53,872 bases of DNA from an uncultured Rickettsiales bacterium (GTDB lineage Bacteria; Pseudomonadota; Alphaproteobacteria; Rickettsiales; SXRF01): positions 1 to 53,872 of the forward strand of contig CAZAQK010000002.1 in NCBI GenBank assembly GCA_964487265.1. The letters run 5' to 3'. Both the position numbers and the translations under genes were made by a program. Under the pieces are notes generated by a model. It was not told where the DNA came from and searched no databases. It saw only the letters and a list, made by a program, of their open reading frames with translations. This document shows, in pieces, positions 9,436 to 19,263 of the stretch; the first letter of the stretch is position 1, and each line of letters starts with the position of its first letter.

Positions 9436-9963
9436 ATGCCAAAAATTATCCTGGGGCTTGGCAGCAATGTGGGGGATCGCGCGGCGAACCTGCAGGCGGC
9501 CATCAGTGGCATAAAAGAATTTACGGATGAATTGCGCGCTTCAACTGTGCTGGAATCCAAAGCCTTGCTGCCAGAAGATGCGCCGAAGGAATGGGATGTG
9601 GCGTTTTTGAATATGGCGGTGATGGGGGAGTGCAAACTTGCCCCGGCAGAGTTGCTTGCGCATATTAAGCAGCTTGAGGAAAAGATTGGCCGGGTAAAGC
9701 ATGGCCACTGGTCGCCACGTGAGATCGATATTGATATTCTGGCATATGGCGAAGAAATGCATATGCTCGATAACCTGCAAATACCACATGCGCATCTGAT
9801 GGAACGTGACTTTGCCTTGCTGCCATTTGTGGAATTGTGGCCGGATTGGAAAAACCCGGCTGAAGGTGAATATCAGGGTTGGCTAGTGCGTGATATCGCG
9901 GCGGATAAAGCCTATGGCCTTGATGGCGGGTTAAAGAAATCAGGGATTACACTGTATGGCTAG
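9436..9963 (+). CDS. folK: 2-amino-4-hydroxy-6-hydroxymethyldihydropteridine pyrophosphokinase (HPPK)
   Basis: ILGLGSNVGDR, WSPREIDIDIL, IPHAHLMERDFALLP. Overlaps folP by 8 nt (ATGGCTAG). Confidence 0.9.
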   Translation: MPKIILGLGSNVGDRAANLQAAISGIKEFTDELRASTVLESKALLPEDAPKEWDVAFLNMAVMGECKLAPAELLAHIKQLEEKIGRVKHGHWSPREIDIDILAYGEEMHMLDNLQIPHAHLMERDFALLPFVELWPDWKNPAEGEYQGWLVRDIAADKAYGLDGGLKKSGITLYG

Positions 9964-10747
9964 AACAAAACTGGTAGCAATTATAAATATAACACCCGAT
10001 TCCTTTTCCGATGGTGGCGAGCATTTTACACCGGAGAAAGCCGTTGCCGCGATCCAGCAGGCATTTTCCGATGGTGCAGATGTGGTGGATATTGGCGCGG
10101 AATCTACCCGTCCGGGCGCAACGCCGCTTACACATACAGAAGAATGGGCGCGGCTTGAGCCTGTGCTTAAGCAACTAAATATATACCCTAAGGGGGGTAT
10201 AATCAGTGTAGATACGCGGCATGCTGAAACTGCAAGGAAAGCCTTGGCACTTGGCGTGCATTTGATAAATGATGTATCGGGCTTCCAGAATGCTGATATG
10301 ATTAATGCTGTAAAAAGCAGTCATTCCAAACTGGTGATGATGCATTCGCTTAGCGTGCCTGCTGATAAAAATATTGTGATGCCGGAAGGCGTGGATGTGG
10401 TGCACGAGCTTATCAGTTGGGCAAAAGCACGCATTGCAGCTCTGGAAAATGTAGGTATTGCAAAAAATAGATTGATATTTGATCCCGGCATTGGCTTTGG
10501 CAAAAAACCAGAACAATCGCAGGATATTTTGCAGCGCGTGGAAGAATTTTCAGTGCTTAATGTGCCGCTATTCATTGGCCACTCGCGCAAATCTTTCCTG
10601 ATGCTGGAGGCACAAACTAATGCTGAGAAAGACGCAGCAACACTTGCCATTTCCCGTGCGCTTGCGGCAAAAGGCATCGATTATATCCGTGTGCATAATG
10701 TGAAATTGCACAGGCAGATGCTGGAGGGGCTGGCACATGTCGCGTGA
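9956..10747 (+). CDS. folP: Dihydropteroate synthase
   Basis: VAIINITPDSFSDGG, VDIGAESTRPGA, ISVDT, INDVSG, DPGIGFGK, SRKSF. Confidence 0.93.
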   Translation: MARTKLVAIINITPDSFSDGGEHFTPEKAVAAIQQAFSDGADVVDIGAESTRPGATPLTHTEEWARLEPVLKQLNIYPKGGIISVDTRHAETARKALALGVHLINDVSGFQNADMINAVKSSHSKLVMMHSLSVPADKNIVMPEGVDVVHELISWAKARIAALENVGIAKNRLIFDPGIGFGKKPEQSQDILQRVEEFSVLNVPLFIGHSRKSFLMLEAQTNAEKDAATLAISRALAAKGIDYIRVHNVKLHRQMLEGLAHVA

Positions 10748-12020
10748 TCCTATTGAACAATTCCTGAACAGTCTGCATCACCCGATGCTGGCATCGATCG
10801 ACCTGAAGCTGGATAGGATGCTTCGACTGCTTGCCATGCTTGGTAACCCGCAGAAGCGTATGCCGCCAGTTATCCATGTGGCGGGCACGAATGGCAAGGG
10901 TTCTCTGCTTGCCAATCTGCAATCTATTTTGCAGGTGGGGGGGTATAGAGTGCATAAATATACATCACCACATCTGGTGCATTTCCGTGAGCGTATCGTG
11001 CTTGGTGGACGGGATATTGAAGAAGCGCATATATTGAATATTGTGAAGCATGTGTCTTTGCAGCTGCAATCGCAGCCAGCTACATTTTTTGAAGCAACCA
11101 CAGCCATTGCTTTTCTGGCATTTGCTGAAAAACCTGCTGATGTGCTGCTGCTTGAAACCGGTATGGGCGGCAGGCTGGACGCTACGAATGTGATAGAGAA
11201 GCCTATCCTCACTGCAATTACGCCTATCGCCATGGATCATACAGAGTATCTGGGCAAAACGATTGCAGCGATTGCTGGTGAGAAAGCAGGTATTCTCAAG
11301 CGTGATGTGCCATGCGTGATCGGCAGGCAGGAAACTGAAGCAGCAGAGGTGCTGGCAGAAAAAGCTGCGTTGCTTGATGCACCACTTTATCGCTATGGCC
11401 GTGAATGGCAGCGTACCCATGGGGAGTATAAATCAGCCAAGCGGCAGATGCATTTCGTGCCGTCACTTGCTGGAAACTATCAGTATGATAACAGTGCCAC
11501 TGCCATTGCCTGCCTGGATATGCTGCCACAATTCAAGGTAACGGATGCGCAGATTGCAGAAGGTATTGCGAGCGTAAACTGGCCTGCGCGGTTGCAACAT
11601 ATTACTTCAGGAACGCTGTCGGCACTGGCTGCTGGCCATGAGCTGTGGCTGGATGGCGGGCACAATCCACAGGGCGGGCAGGTGCTGGCTGAATGGATGG
11701 CGCAGCAGAAACGCCATATCCATGTGATCTGCGGGATGATGAAAGGCAAAGACGCCAAGGCTTATCTGGCACATATTGCACCTTACGTTCAATCTTTCTA
11801 TGCCGTTGCAATTCCCAATGAAAGCGGCAGCCACAGCCCGGCTTCGCTAGCCTCAGAAGCCAAAGCTCTCTCTATGGATGCACATGAGGCAGGCAGTGTG
11901 GAAAAAGCATTGCAAACCATTGCAAGCCATGCAAAAAATCCATCCATAATCTGTATTTGCGGCTCTTTATATCTGGCAGGGCATGTGCTCAGCATCAATT
12001 CCAGTAAGAAAGCTGCGTAA
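10737..12020 (+). CDS. folC: Bifunctional dihydrofolate synthase / folylpolyglutamate synthase
   Basis: Mur-ligase P-loop [33 protein letters not shown]. Overlaps the folP stop by 11 nt. Confidence 0.9.
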   Translation: MSRDPIEQFLNSLHHPMLASIDLKLDRMLRLLAMLGNPQKRMPPVIHVAGTNGKGSLLANLQSILQVGGYRVHKYTSPHLVHFRERIVLGGRDIEEAHILNIVKHVSLQLQSQPATFFEATTAIAFLAFAEKPADVLLLETGMGGRLDATNVIEKPILTAITPIAMDHTEYLGKTIAAIAGEKAGILKRDVPCVIGRQETEAAEVLAEKAALLDAPLYRYGREWQRTHGEYKSAKRQMHFVPSLAGNYQYDNSATAIACLDMLPQFKVTDAQIAEGIASVNWPARLQHITSGTLSALAAGHELWLDGGHNPQGGQVLAEWMAQQKRHIHVICGMMKGKDAKAYLAHIAPYVQSFYAVAIPNESGSHSPASLASEAKALSMDAHEAGSVEKALQTIASHAKNPSIICICGSLYLAGHVLSINSSKKAA

Positions 12021-12034
12021 CCCAAGGAATATAT

Positions 12035-12886
12035 ATGCCACAGAATATTATCAATAATGCATGGGAAACCCGCCAGCAGATCGATTCAAATACACAAGGT
12101 GAAGTGCGAAATGCCGTGGCGGATGTTCTTGCGCGCCTCGATGCCGGTCATCTGCGCGTGGCTGAAAAACAGGGTAGTGAGTGGGTGGTGCATCAATGGA
12201 TCAAAAAAGCGGTGCTGCTTTCTTTCCGGCTGAATCCCATGGAATTATATGCGCACGGGGCATATCCCGCGCGGGATTTCGACCATATGGAAAAGCACAG
12301 CTTCTGGTATGACAAGGTGCCTTCTAAATTCATCGGCTGGGACGAAAAGCGTTTTAAGGAATCAGGTTTCCGCGCTGTGCCGGGCGCTATTGTGCGGCAT
12401 TCTGCCTACATCGCGAGGGATGTGGTGCTGATGCCGAGTTTCGTGAATGTTGGCGCATATGTGGGCGAGGGGACGATGGTGGATACATGGGTGACCATTG
12501 GTTCATGCGCACAGATCGGTAAACACTGCCATATTTCCGGCGGTGTGGGTATCGGTGGCGTATTGGAGCCGCTGCAGGCAAATCCTGTTATTATCGAAGA
12601 TAATTGCTTTATTGGTGCGCGCAGCGAAGTGGCAGAAGGTGTTGTCGTCGAGGAAGGTTCGGTGCTTTCCATGGGCGTATTCCTTGGTGCTTCTACCAAA
12701 ATTGTTAACCGTGAGACAGGTGAAGTGATGTATGGCCGTGTGCCTGCCTATTCCGTTGTTGTGCCGGGCAGCCTGCCGGGGAAAACACCGGATGCGCCAT
12801 CGCTTTATTGCGCCGTGATCGTGAAACGCGTGGATGAAAAGACACGCTCAAAAACCGGCATCAACGAATTGCTGCGCGGTTTCTAA
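12035..12886 (+). CDS. dapD: 2,3,4,5-tetrahydropyridine-2,6-dicarboxylate N-succinyltransferase
   Basis: 283 aa. Hexapeptide-repeat beta-helix region ([36 protein letters not shown]) and a DapD-type C-terminus ([19 protein letters not shown]). Confidence 0.9.
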   Translation: MPQNIINNAWETRQQIDSNTQGEVRNAVADVLARLDAGHLRVAEKQGSEWVVHQWIKKAVLLSFRLNPMELYAHGAYPARDFDHMEKHSFWYDKVPSKFIGWDEKRFKESGFRAVPGAIVRHSAYIARDVVLMPSFVNVGAYVGEGTMVDTWVTIGSCAQIGKHCHISGGVGIGGVLEPLQANPVIIEDNCFIGARSEVAEGVVVEEGSVLSMGVFLGASTKIVNRETGEVMYGRVPAYSVVVPGSLPGKTPDAPSLYCAVIVKRVDEKTRSKTGINELLRGF

Positions 12887-13650
12887 TAATCTACTTTTAG
12901 CAGATATAATCCATCTGGTGGTGCGGTAGGGCCTGCGGCTGCGCGATTCTTTGCTTCAAGTGCTTTTTTTACATCTTCCGGCGACCAGCGGCCTTTGCCT
13001 GCCATCGCCAGCGTGCCAACCATGATACGCACCTGATGATGAAGGAATGAGCGCGCATTGGTTTGCACGATCACATCGTCGCCTTGCCTGCTGATATCCA
13101 GCCTGTCGAGCGTTTTTTCTGCGGATTTTGCCTGACAGGCTGTATCGCGGAAGCTGGTGAAATCATGGCTGCCGAGCAGATAACTGGCAGCTTTCTGCAT
13201 TTTTTCAATATCCAGCTCTTCAAAAACCTGCCATGCACGGCCAAGCTCAAGCCCAAGACGTGCGCGGCGGTTGATGATGCGGTAGATGTAATGCCGGCGG
13301 GTGGCAGAAAAGCGTGCATGAAATGCCTCTGTTACGAGTTCCGCATTCGTTATTGCGATACGATCTGGAGGTATCGAAGCATCATTATCTGAGGGATTGA
13401 ACAGGTAAAAATTGATCCCCTGCATGACACTGTAGGCATCATATTCCTTGGGCAGGTCTACATGTCCGACTTGCGCAATGGCATGCACGCCAGCATCGGT
13501 TCGGCCTGCGCCGACAATTTCGGCATCTACCCCACAGAATTTTTTTACGGCCTCACCGAGTGTTTGCTGTACGGTTGGCCTGTCTGGCTGTTTTTGCCAG
13601 CCGGCATAGCGCGTGCCATCATATTCTATGGTGAGTTTATAGCGCGGCAT
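12883..13650 (-). CDS. truA: tRNA pseudouridine(38-40) synthase
   Basis: [21 protein letters not shown] and [11 protein letters not shown] (catalytic Asp). I chose the start at 13650, one nt after the fmt stop. The track ORF extends to 13725, overlapping fmt. Confidence 0.88.
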   Translation of the reverse strand: MPRYKLTIEYDGTRYAGWQKQPDRPTVQQTLGEAVKKFCGVDAEIVGAGRTDAGVHAIAQVGHVDLPKEYDAYSVMQGINFYLFNPSDNDASIPPDRIAITNAELVTEAFHARFSATRRHYIYRIINRRARLGLELGRAWQVFEELDIEKMQKAASYLLGSHDFTSFRDTACQAKSAEKTLDRLDISRQGDDVIVQTNARSFLHHQVRIMVGTLAMAGKGRWSPEDVKKALEAKNRAAAGPTAPPDGLYLLKVDY

Positions 13651-13651
13651 A

Positions 13652-14578
13652 TTATTCAATACCGATATCGTTACCGAGTATGAACTCATCCATACCCATC
13701 CTCTTTTTGCCAGGTTGCTGTACAAGAGTTGGCTTGAGGTAATTATCGCCCTTGCAGGCTACAATTATAGAGTTTTTCTTATCTCTGATTTTTACGCTCG
13801 GAATGCGTTTTTTACCGTCTGGATTCTGGACAATGTCTGCCTCAAAAATTTTAAGCGGTTTTCCACCCCAATCCATGATTGCGCCGTGGGTAGGCGATAA
13901 TCCGCGTATAAGATTGCGTATTTCCTCTGCCGATTTGCTCCAATCGATATGGCATTCTTCCTTGGTGATTTTTTTTGCGTAGGTCACGCCTTGTGTGTCT
14001 TGCGTCTTACGTATTGCCGTGCCTGACTGAAGCTGTTTCAGCGTTTCAAGTATCAGCGAGCCTGCATCGGCGGCCAGCATATCATGCAGCGCGCCTGCGT
14101 TGAAAGATTCCGGCACATCATAATCTTTTTGCAGGAGCACATCACCCGTATCCAATCCTTCATCCATTTGCATGATGCAGATGGCAGTTTCAGTATCACC
14201 GGCCATGATGGTGCGCTGAATGGGAGCAGCACCACGCCAGCGTGGCAGTTTGCTTGGGTGCACATTGATACAACCCATTGGGTATGCAGTGAGAATGGGT
14301 TTTGGCAACAGCAGGCCATACGCTACCACCACCGCAATATCCGCCTTATGCGACACGAACTCTGCCTGTGCTTCCGGTGTTTTTAACGAAACAGGTGTGA
14401 AGACCGGCAAATTATTTTCAGCGGCATATTGATGTACCGGTGAGGGGGTATCTTTCTGGCCACGGCCTGCAGGGCGTGGAGGTTGTGTATATACCGCAAC
14501 AATATCATGGCCGGAGCTATGCAATGCCTTCAGAGTCGGCAGCGCAAAAGCAGGTGTGCCCATGAAGACGATACGCAT
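13652..14578 (-). CDS. fmt: Methionyl-tRNA formyltransferase
   Basis: MRIVFMGTPAFALPTL, INVHPSKLPRWRGAAPIQ, plus a C-terminal Fmt domain. Classic position downstream of def. Confidence 0.93.
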   Translation of the reverse strand: MRIVFMGTPAFALPTLKALHSSGHDIVAVYTQPPRPAGRGQKDTPSPVHQYAAENNLPVFTPVSLKTPEAQAEFVSHKADIAVVVAYGLLLPKPILTAYPMGCINVHPSKLPRWRGAAPIQRTIMAGDTETAICIMQMDEGLDTGDVLLQKDYDVPESFNAGALHDMLAADAGSLILETLKQLQSGTAIRKTQDTQGVTYAKKITKEECHIDWSKSAEEIRNLIRGLSPTHGAIMDWGGKPLKIFEADIVQNPDGKKRIPSVKIRDKKNSIIVACKGDNYLKPTLVQQPGKKRMGMDEFILGNDIGIE

Positions 14579-14589
14579 TGTGACTACCT

Positions 14590-14651
14590 TGTCACTCCCG
14601 CGGAAGCGGGAGTCTTAATTAAGTAAGATTCCTGCTTTCGCAGGAATGACA
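14590..14651. repeat. Two-hairpin palindromic element, family B, copy 1 (62 bp), inside the def-fmt spacer
   Basis: TGTCA-CTCCCGC GGAA GCGGGAG-TC...ATTCCTGC TTTC GCAGGAAT-GACA. Same architecture as 22052, 33095, 36746 and 39238. Confidence 0.85.
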
Positions 14652-14696
14652 AAAAAAACTGGATTCCGACGTCCGTCATCTGCCGTCCGTCTACCA

Positions 14697-15266
14697 TCAA
14701 TGATCATGGTTGCAGTTTGGGCCATGCACATGGCCATGATCATGGTCGAAATAACCCATCTTTTTCATCTTGGTGAGCTTTTTGTTGATCATGTCGCGCT
14801 TGAGGCGGGAGATATGGTCAACGAATACGATGCCATTCAGATGGTCGATCTCATGCTGGATGCAGGTGGCAAGCAGGCCATCATAGGTTTGTTCCTGCTG
14901 TTTACCCTGAAGGTCAAGGAAACGTACGCGCACACCGGCAGGGCGTACTACATCGGCGAACTGGTCGGGGAATGAAAGACAGCCTTCCTTATAGGTTTTT
15001 TCTTCCGGCGCGTTCTCGATGATCTCGGGATTGATGAGCACATGCTGCTCGCCCGGGCCTTCTTCTTCCCTCCATGTGACATCGGCCACCAGCACGCGTT
15101 TATGCACGCCCACCTGCACGGCCGCAAGGCCAATGCCACGCTCGTGATACATGGTATCAAGCAGATCAGCCGCAAGTTTACGGATAGAATCATCCACCGC
15201 CTCAACCGGTTTGGATACGATATGCAGCCGCTCATCCGGCGCGATCACTAAAGGTAGTATGGCCAT
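14697..15266 (-). CDS. def: Peptide deformylase with a His-rich C-terminal tail
   Basis: GIGLAAVQVG, EGCLSFP and QHEIDHLNG metal-binding motifs. The extra tail is GYFDHDHGHVHGPNCNHDH. Confidence 0.93.
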   Translation of the reverse strand: MAILPLVIAPDERLHIVSKPVEAVDDSIRKLAADLLDTMYHERGIGLAAVQVGVHKRVLVADVTWREEEGPGEQHVLINPEIIENAPEEKTYKEGCLSFPDQFADVVRPAGVRVRFLDLQGKQQEQTYDGLLATCIQHEIDHLNGIVFVDHISRLKRDMINKKLTKMKKMGYFDHDHGHVHGPNCNHDH

Positions 15267-15269
15267 TGT

Positions 15270-15599
15270 TTACTGTCCTCTTGCTGCTCCAGTTGAGTGT
15301 CTGCCCATATAGGCAGTATAACCCGATTGCTCCTGATACATGCCACTAATTTTTTCTGCAATGGTTTCTGCTTCGACACGATCGATGCCCGATCTTGTCA
15401 GTGCCTGCCTGATGGTTTTTGATTTTGCAAAAAACAGGCCACCTACGCCAGATTTCAAACCTTCTTTGGCAGTAGGGAAGCTGGCTGCTAACCTCTCCAT
15501 ACCTGCTATTGCTTCGTCAAATTGTTGTTGTTCATCGGCACTTGTTATACGCGCCCGGGCCTCATTGATATATTGTTGGTTTATACATGAAGTGTTCAT
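15270..15599 (-). CDS. Hypothetical protein (109 aa) between gltX and def
   Basis: The ORF stop lies 3 nt before the def start, on the same strand as the flanking genes. No recognisable motif. Confidence 0.55.
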   Translation of the reverse strand: MNTSCINQQYINEARARITSADEQQQFDEAIAGMERLAASFPTAKEGLKSGVGGLFFAKSKTIRQALTRSGIDRVEAETIAEKISGMYQEQSGYTAYMGRHSTGAARGQ

Positions 15600-15633
15600 A
15601 TGTTGCCTCTTGATGTGTATTTATAAATAATTA

Positions 15634-17037
15634 TTAACACATATCCTTCAGGCGGCCAATGCTTTCTTCCTTACCCAATATTTCCATAACTTCGAATACG
15701 CCAGGCGATACCAAACGACCGGTGAGAGCAGCCCGTAGCGGTTGGGCGACGTCCCCTAATTTCTTACCAATTTCAGCAGCGTAAGCCTTGCAGAGTTCCA
15801 TGGTGGCGGTGTGGCTGAAATCTGCTTGTGCTTCCAGTTTGGGCAGCAGGGCGCGCAGCAGGTCACGCCCGCCTTTATCCATCAGGTCTTTGGCTTTATC
15901 ATCGAGGGTGAGCGGACGGGTGTTGATATAAACAGCACTATTTTCTGCAAGCTCCACCAGTGTTTTGGCGCGAGCTTTCAAGCCTGCCATGCCTTTCAAG
16001 AGTCGTTGACGCGCCTCGGTAGACGGAGAACGGATGACAGATGACGAAGTATTTCCGTACTCCGTACCCCGTACTCCGTTTAATACCAGCTCAGTGAGCC
16101 GCGCATCATCGGCCTCGCGCATATAGTGGCCGTTTAAGTTCTCCAGCTTGGCAAAATCAAAACGTGATGGGGATTTGCCCACGGTTTCCAATCCGAACCA
16201 TTCAATGGCCTGCTGGGTGGAAATAATTTCATCATCCCCATGCGACCAGCCGAGGCGGAGCAAATAATTGCGCATCGCTTCCGGCAGGTAACCCATTTTT
16301 TCGTATTCCTGCACGCCAAGCGCACCATGCCGCTTGGAAAGTTTTGCGCCGTCCGGCCCGTGGATGAGCGGGATATGCGCGAAGCTGGGTGCTTCCCAGC
16401 TCATTGCGTTATAGATCATCAGTTGGCGGAATGTGTTGGTAAAGTGGTCATCACCGCGGATCACCTGTGTGATGCCCATGTCGTGGTCATCGACCACCAC
16501 GGCGAGCATATAGGTGGGTGTGCCGTCGGAGCGCAGGAGGATGAGGTCATCGAGCTCGCTGTGTTGAACGGTGACGGAGCCTTGCACTTTATCATGCACG
16601 GTAGTTTCGCCCGTAAGTGGTGCTTTCAGGCGGATGGAAGGTTTAACGCCAGCAGGCGGAGTGCCGCCATCGCGCCAAGGGCTTCTGAATTTTGCATTGG
16701 GATTTTCTTTGCGGAAAATTTCCAATTCTTCCTGTGTGGTATAACAATGAAAGGCTTTGCCTGCGGCCACGAGTTCTTTGGCAACTTCTGCGTGGCGACC
16801 AGAGCGGGCGAACTGGAATACCGGTTCATCATCCCAATCCAAACCTAACCATTTCATGCCTTGCAGGATGGCGTCGATGGCGTCCTGCGTTGAACGGGCG
16901 CGGTCAGTGTCTTCTATGCGCAGATAAAATTTGCCGCCGTGATGGCGCGCATAAAGCCAGTTGAATAATGCCGTGCGCGCACCACCAATATGCAGGTAGC
17001 CGGTGGGTGATGGGGCAAAGCGGGTGATGACGGTCAT
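15634..17037 (-). CDS. gltX: Glutamyl-tRNA synthetase
   Basis: Class I signatures: [22 protein letters not shown] (HIGH) and KLSKRHG (KMSKS). Confidence 0.94.
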   Translation of the reverse strand: MTVITRFAPSPTGYLHIGGARTALFNWLYARHHGGKFYLRIEDTDRARSTQDAIDAILQGMKWLGLDWDDEPVFQFARSGRHAEVAKELVAAGKAFHCYTTQEELEIFRKENPNAKFRSPWRDGGTPPAGVKPSIRLKAPLTGETTVHDKVQGSVTVQHSELDDLILLRSDGTPTYMLAVVVDDHDMGITQVIRGDDHFTNTFRQLMIYNAMSWEAPSFAHIPLIHGPDGAKLSKRHGALGVQEYEKMGYLPEAMRNYLLRLGWSHGDDEIISTQQAIEWFGLETVGKSPSRFDFAKLENLNGHYMREADDARLTELVLNGVRGTEYGNTSSSVIRSPSTEARQRLLKGMAGLKARAKTLVELAENSAVYINTRPLTLDDKAKDLMDKGGRDLLRALLPKLEAQADFSHTATMELCKAYAAEIGKKLGDVAQPLRAALTGRLVSPGVFEVMEILGKEESIGRLKDMC

Positions 17038-17044
17038 AAGTTAA

Positions 17045-17175
17045 GGAATAGAGAATCAAGAATTGGGAATCGGGAACTAGGAATTAACAAAAATACTATG
17101 TATTAGCTATCATTTTGTTAGAGTTAGTGGATGCAATTCTTTCGTTCTCGATTCTTGATTCTCGATTCCTTCCTA
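17045..17175. repeat. Two inverted arrays of six 7-bp repeats (RGAAYNN) flanking a 47-bp AT-rich spacer. Five GANTC sites.
   Basis: Left array: GGAATAG AGAATCA AGAATTG GGAATCG GGAACTA GGAATTA (17045-17086). Right array: its imperfect reverse complement, 17134-17175, inside the first codons of the predicted comEC ORF. Confidence 0.8.
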
Positions 17176-19263
17176 GCCGAGCGTGACCGTTTCCCGCTGT
17201 GGATGCCGGTTTTGCTGGCACTTGGCATTGGCATCTATTTCGGGCTGGAGACCGAGCCTCCCCAGCGGATGCTGTATGGGCTTGCGGCAGGCATGGGTGG
17301 CCTGCTGCTCATTTTGCGCCGCCGTTTCTGGCCGAGGCTCATTTTTATCTGCCTGTTTCTGGTGTGTATGGGGATGATGGTGGCCAGCGTGCGCACGCAG
17401 ATGGTGGCGGCTCCGTATTTATATAAAACCATCTATTTTAAGGAAGTGACCGGCCGCATTGATGATATTGAGATGCGTGAGGATGACCAGAAAATTACCC
17501 TGAAAAATGTATCCATCGAAGGCATCAGGCCGGAAACGACCCCGAAGCGGGTGAGCATTGCGCTGCGCAAGCCCGCGCCGGAACTGCGGGTGGGCGATAC
17601 GGTGAAAGCCAAAGCCATGCTGTTTCCGCCACCACAACCCGCCATGCCGGGCGCGTATGATTTCGCGCGGGGCTTTTATTATGAACAGCTGGGCGCGGTG
17701 GGGTACACACCGCATGCAGTGACGGTGACCGAACCAGTTGAGGTGAATAGCTGGCTGGAGAAGCTGAATGCCACGCGGCTTGAGGTGGCTTCGCGCATAC
17801 GTGCGGCCATGAGCGCAGAAAACGGCGCGGTGGCCTCCGCCCTGATGGTGGGAGAAATGGCCGGTGTGCCCGAGGAACTGCGCGATTCCATGCGTGATTC
17901 CGGCCTGTACCATGTGCTTTCGATCTCAGGTTTGCATATGTCACTGGCCGTGGGTGTGTTGTATGTAACACTGCGTTTTTTATTCTCATTATATATGCCG
18001 TTGGCTATCCGGCTGCCCACCAAGAAAATTGCGGCGGCGTGCGGGCTGCTTGGGGCGTTCTGCTATTTGCTGCTGGCAGGGTATCCTGTGCCTGCAATTC
18101 GTTCATTCATCATGGTGGCGTGCGTGATGGTGGCGGTGCTGGTGGACAGGCGCGGCATCAGCCTGTATTCGCTGGCGTGGGCGGCGATGCTGATTTTGCT
18201 GTTCCAGCCTGAGGCACTAGTTGGTTCAAGCTTCCAGCTTTCTTTTGCAGCGACCATGGCGATCGTGGTGCTCTATGAGCGGTATGGAAATTTGCTCTAC
18301 CAGCCGGAGAGTAGCTGGCTTCGGAAATTGAAAGTATATTTTATCGGGTTGATGCTGACATCATTAGTGGCGGCACTGGCCACCACACCGCTGGTGATTT
18401 ACCAGTTCAACCGCGTGACGCTGTGGGGTGTGGGCGCGAATATGCTGATGATGCCGCTGGCATCGCTGTGGATCATGCCTTCGGCGGTGGTGTCATTCCT
18501 TGCCATGCCGCTTGGGCTGGAACACTGGCCGCTGCAATTCATGGAGCAGGGCATTGCTATCATGATCTCCATCAGCCGTTGGTTTTCGGCGTTGCCCTAT
18601 GCGGCGTTCAACCTGCCGCCGCTCACTACTTCAGGATTTTTGCTGGTGGTGTTTGGCGGGCTGTGGTTCTGCCTGTGGGAGCAACGCTGGCGACTGTTTG
18701 GACTGCCGCTCATACTCATTGGCGTTGCAACGATCGCGCTGCATAAACCGTATGACCTTATTGTGAATGATGATGGCAACCGCGCCATGCTGCGGCTGCC
18801 GGGTGGACAATTTTTGTTCCTGCGCGGCAAGGCCGATAGCTTTGAAAGCGAGATATGGCTTAAGACGCATGGTGTGGAAAGCGCACTGACACTGGCGGAT
18901 ATGAAGGATAACCCGGATTACCAGTGTGATAAAAACCGCTGCATCGTGAAAGCGTATAACCGCACCATCGTGATGGCACTGCGCAAGGATGTTGCCGGAT
19001 TATGTGATAATAAACCGGATATGGTGATCGCCGAGAATTACCTGAATGATGCGGCCTGTGCAGATGTGGCATGGCGGGTGGATAAAAAATTCCTGCGGGC
19101 GAATGGCTCGGTGGCATTCCGCTTTGGAGATGTGGTGCATGCCTATGTGGCCTCCACCGGCCGGGGTGCGCGCCCGTGGGGAGAAAAAGCATACTGGCCT
19201 CTTTACCAAATCGGTAATACGGTTATGATGCCTGCATTCCAACCTAAAAAGGATAAGCCATGA
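17131..19263 (+). CDS. comEC: ComEC/Rec2 family DNA internalisation channel protein
   Basis: 710 aa and polytopic. Competence-domain motif DSGLYHVLSISGLHMSL. The N-terminus ERDRFPLWMPVLLALGIGIYF is typical of alphaproteobacterial ComEC. The start is uncertain because the 5' end lies in a repeat. Confidence 0.85.
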   Translation: MQFFRSRFLILDSFLAERDRFPLWMPVLLALGIGIYFGLETEPPQRMLYGLAAGMGGLLLILRRRFWPRLIFICLFLVCMGMMVASVRTQMVAAPYLYKTIYFKEVTGRIDDIEMREDDQKITLKNVSIEGIRPETTPKRVSIALRKPAPELRVGDTVKAKAMLFPPPQPAMPGAYDFARGFYYEQLGAVGYTPHAVTVTEPVEVNSWLEKLNATRLEVASRIRAAMSAENGAVASALMVGEMAGVPEELRDSMRDSGLYHVLSISGLHMSLAVGVLYVTLRFLFSLYMPLAIRLPTKKIAAACGLLGAFCYLLLAGYPVPAIRSFIMVACVMVAVLVDRRGISLYSLAWAAMLILLFQPEALVGSSFQLSFAATMAIVVLYERYGNLLYQPESSWLRKLKVYFIGLMLTSLVAALATTPLVIYQFNRVTLWGVGANMLMMPLASLWIMPSAVVSFLAMPLGLEHWPLQFMEQGIAIMISISRWFSALPYAAFNLPPLTTSGFLLVVFGGLWFCLWEQRWRLFGLPLILIGVATIALHKPYDLIVNDDGNRAMLRLPGGQFLFLRGKADSFESEIWLKTHGVESALTLADMKDNPDYQCDKNRCIVKAYNRTIVMALRKDVAGLCDNKPDMVIAENYLNDAACADVAWRVDKKFLRANGSVAFRFGDVVHAYVASTGRGARPWGEKAYWPLYQIGNTVMMPAFQPKKDKP

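Noticed and set aside
9956-9963. Identical ATGGCTAR stop/start overlaps at folK/folP (9956-9963) and rpe/yacG (26682-26689) might be a shared coupling signal.
   Set aside because: An 8-nt coincidence explained by common codons (..GLY-stop over MET-ALA). There is no extended similarity around the junctions.
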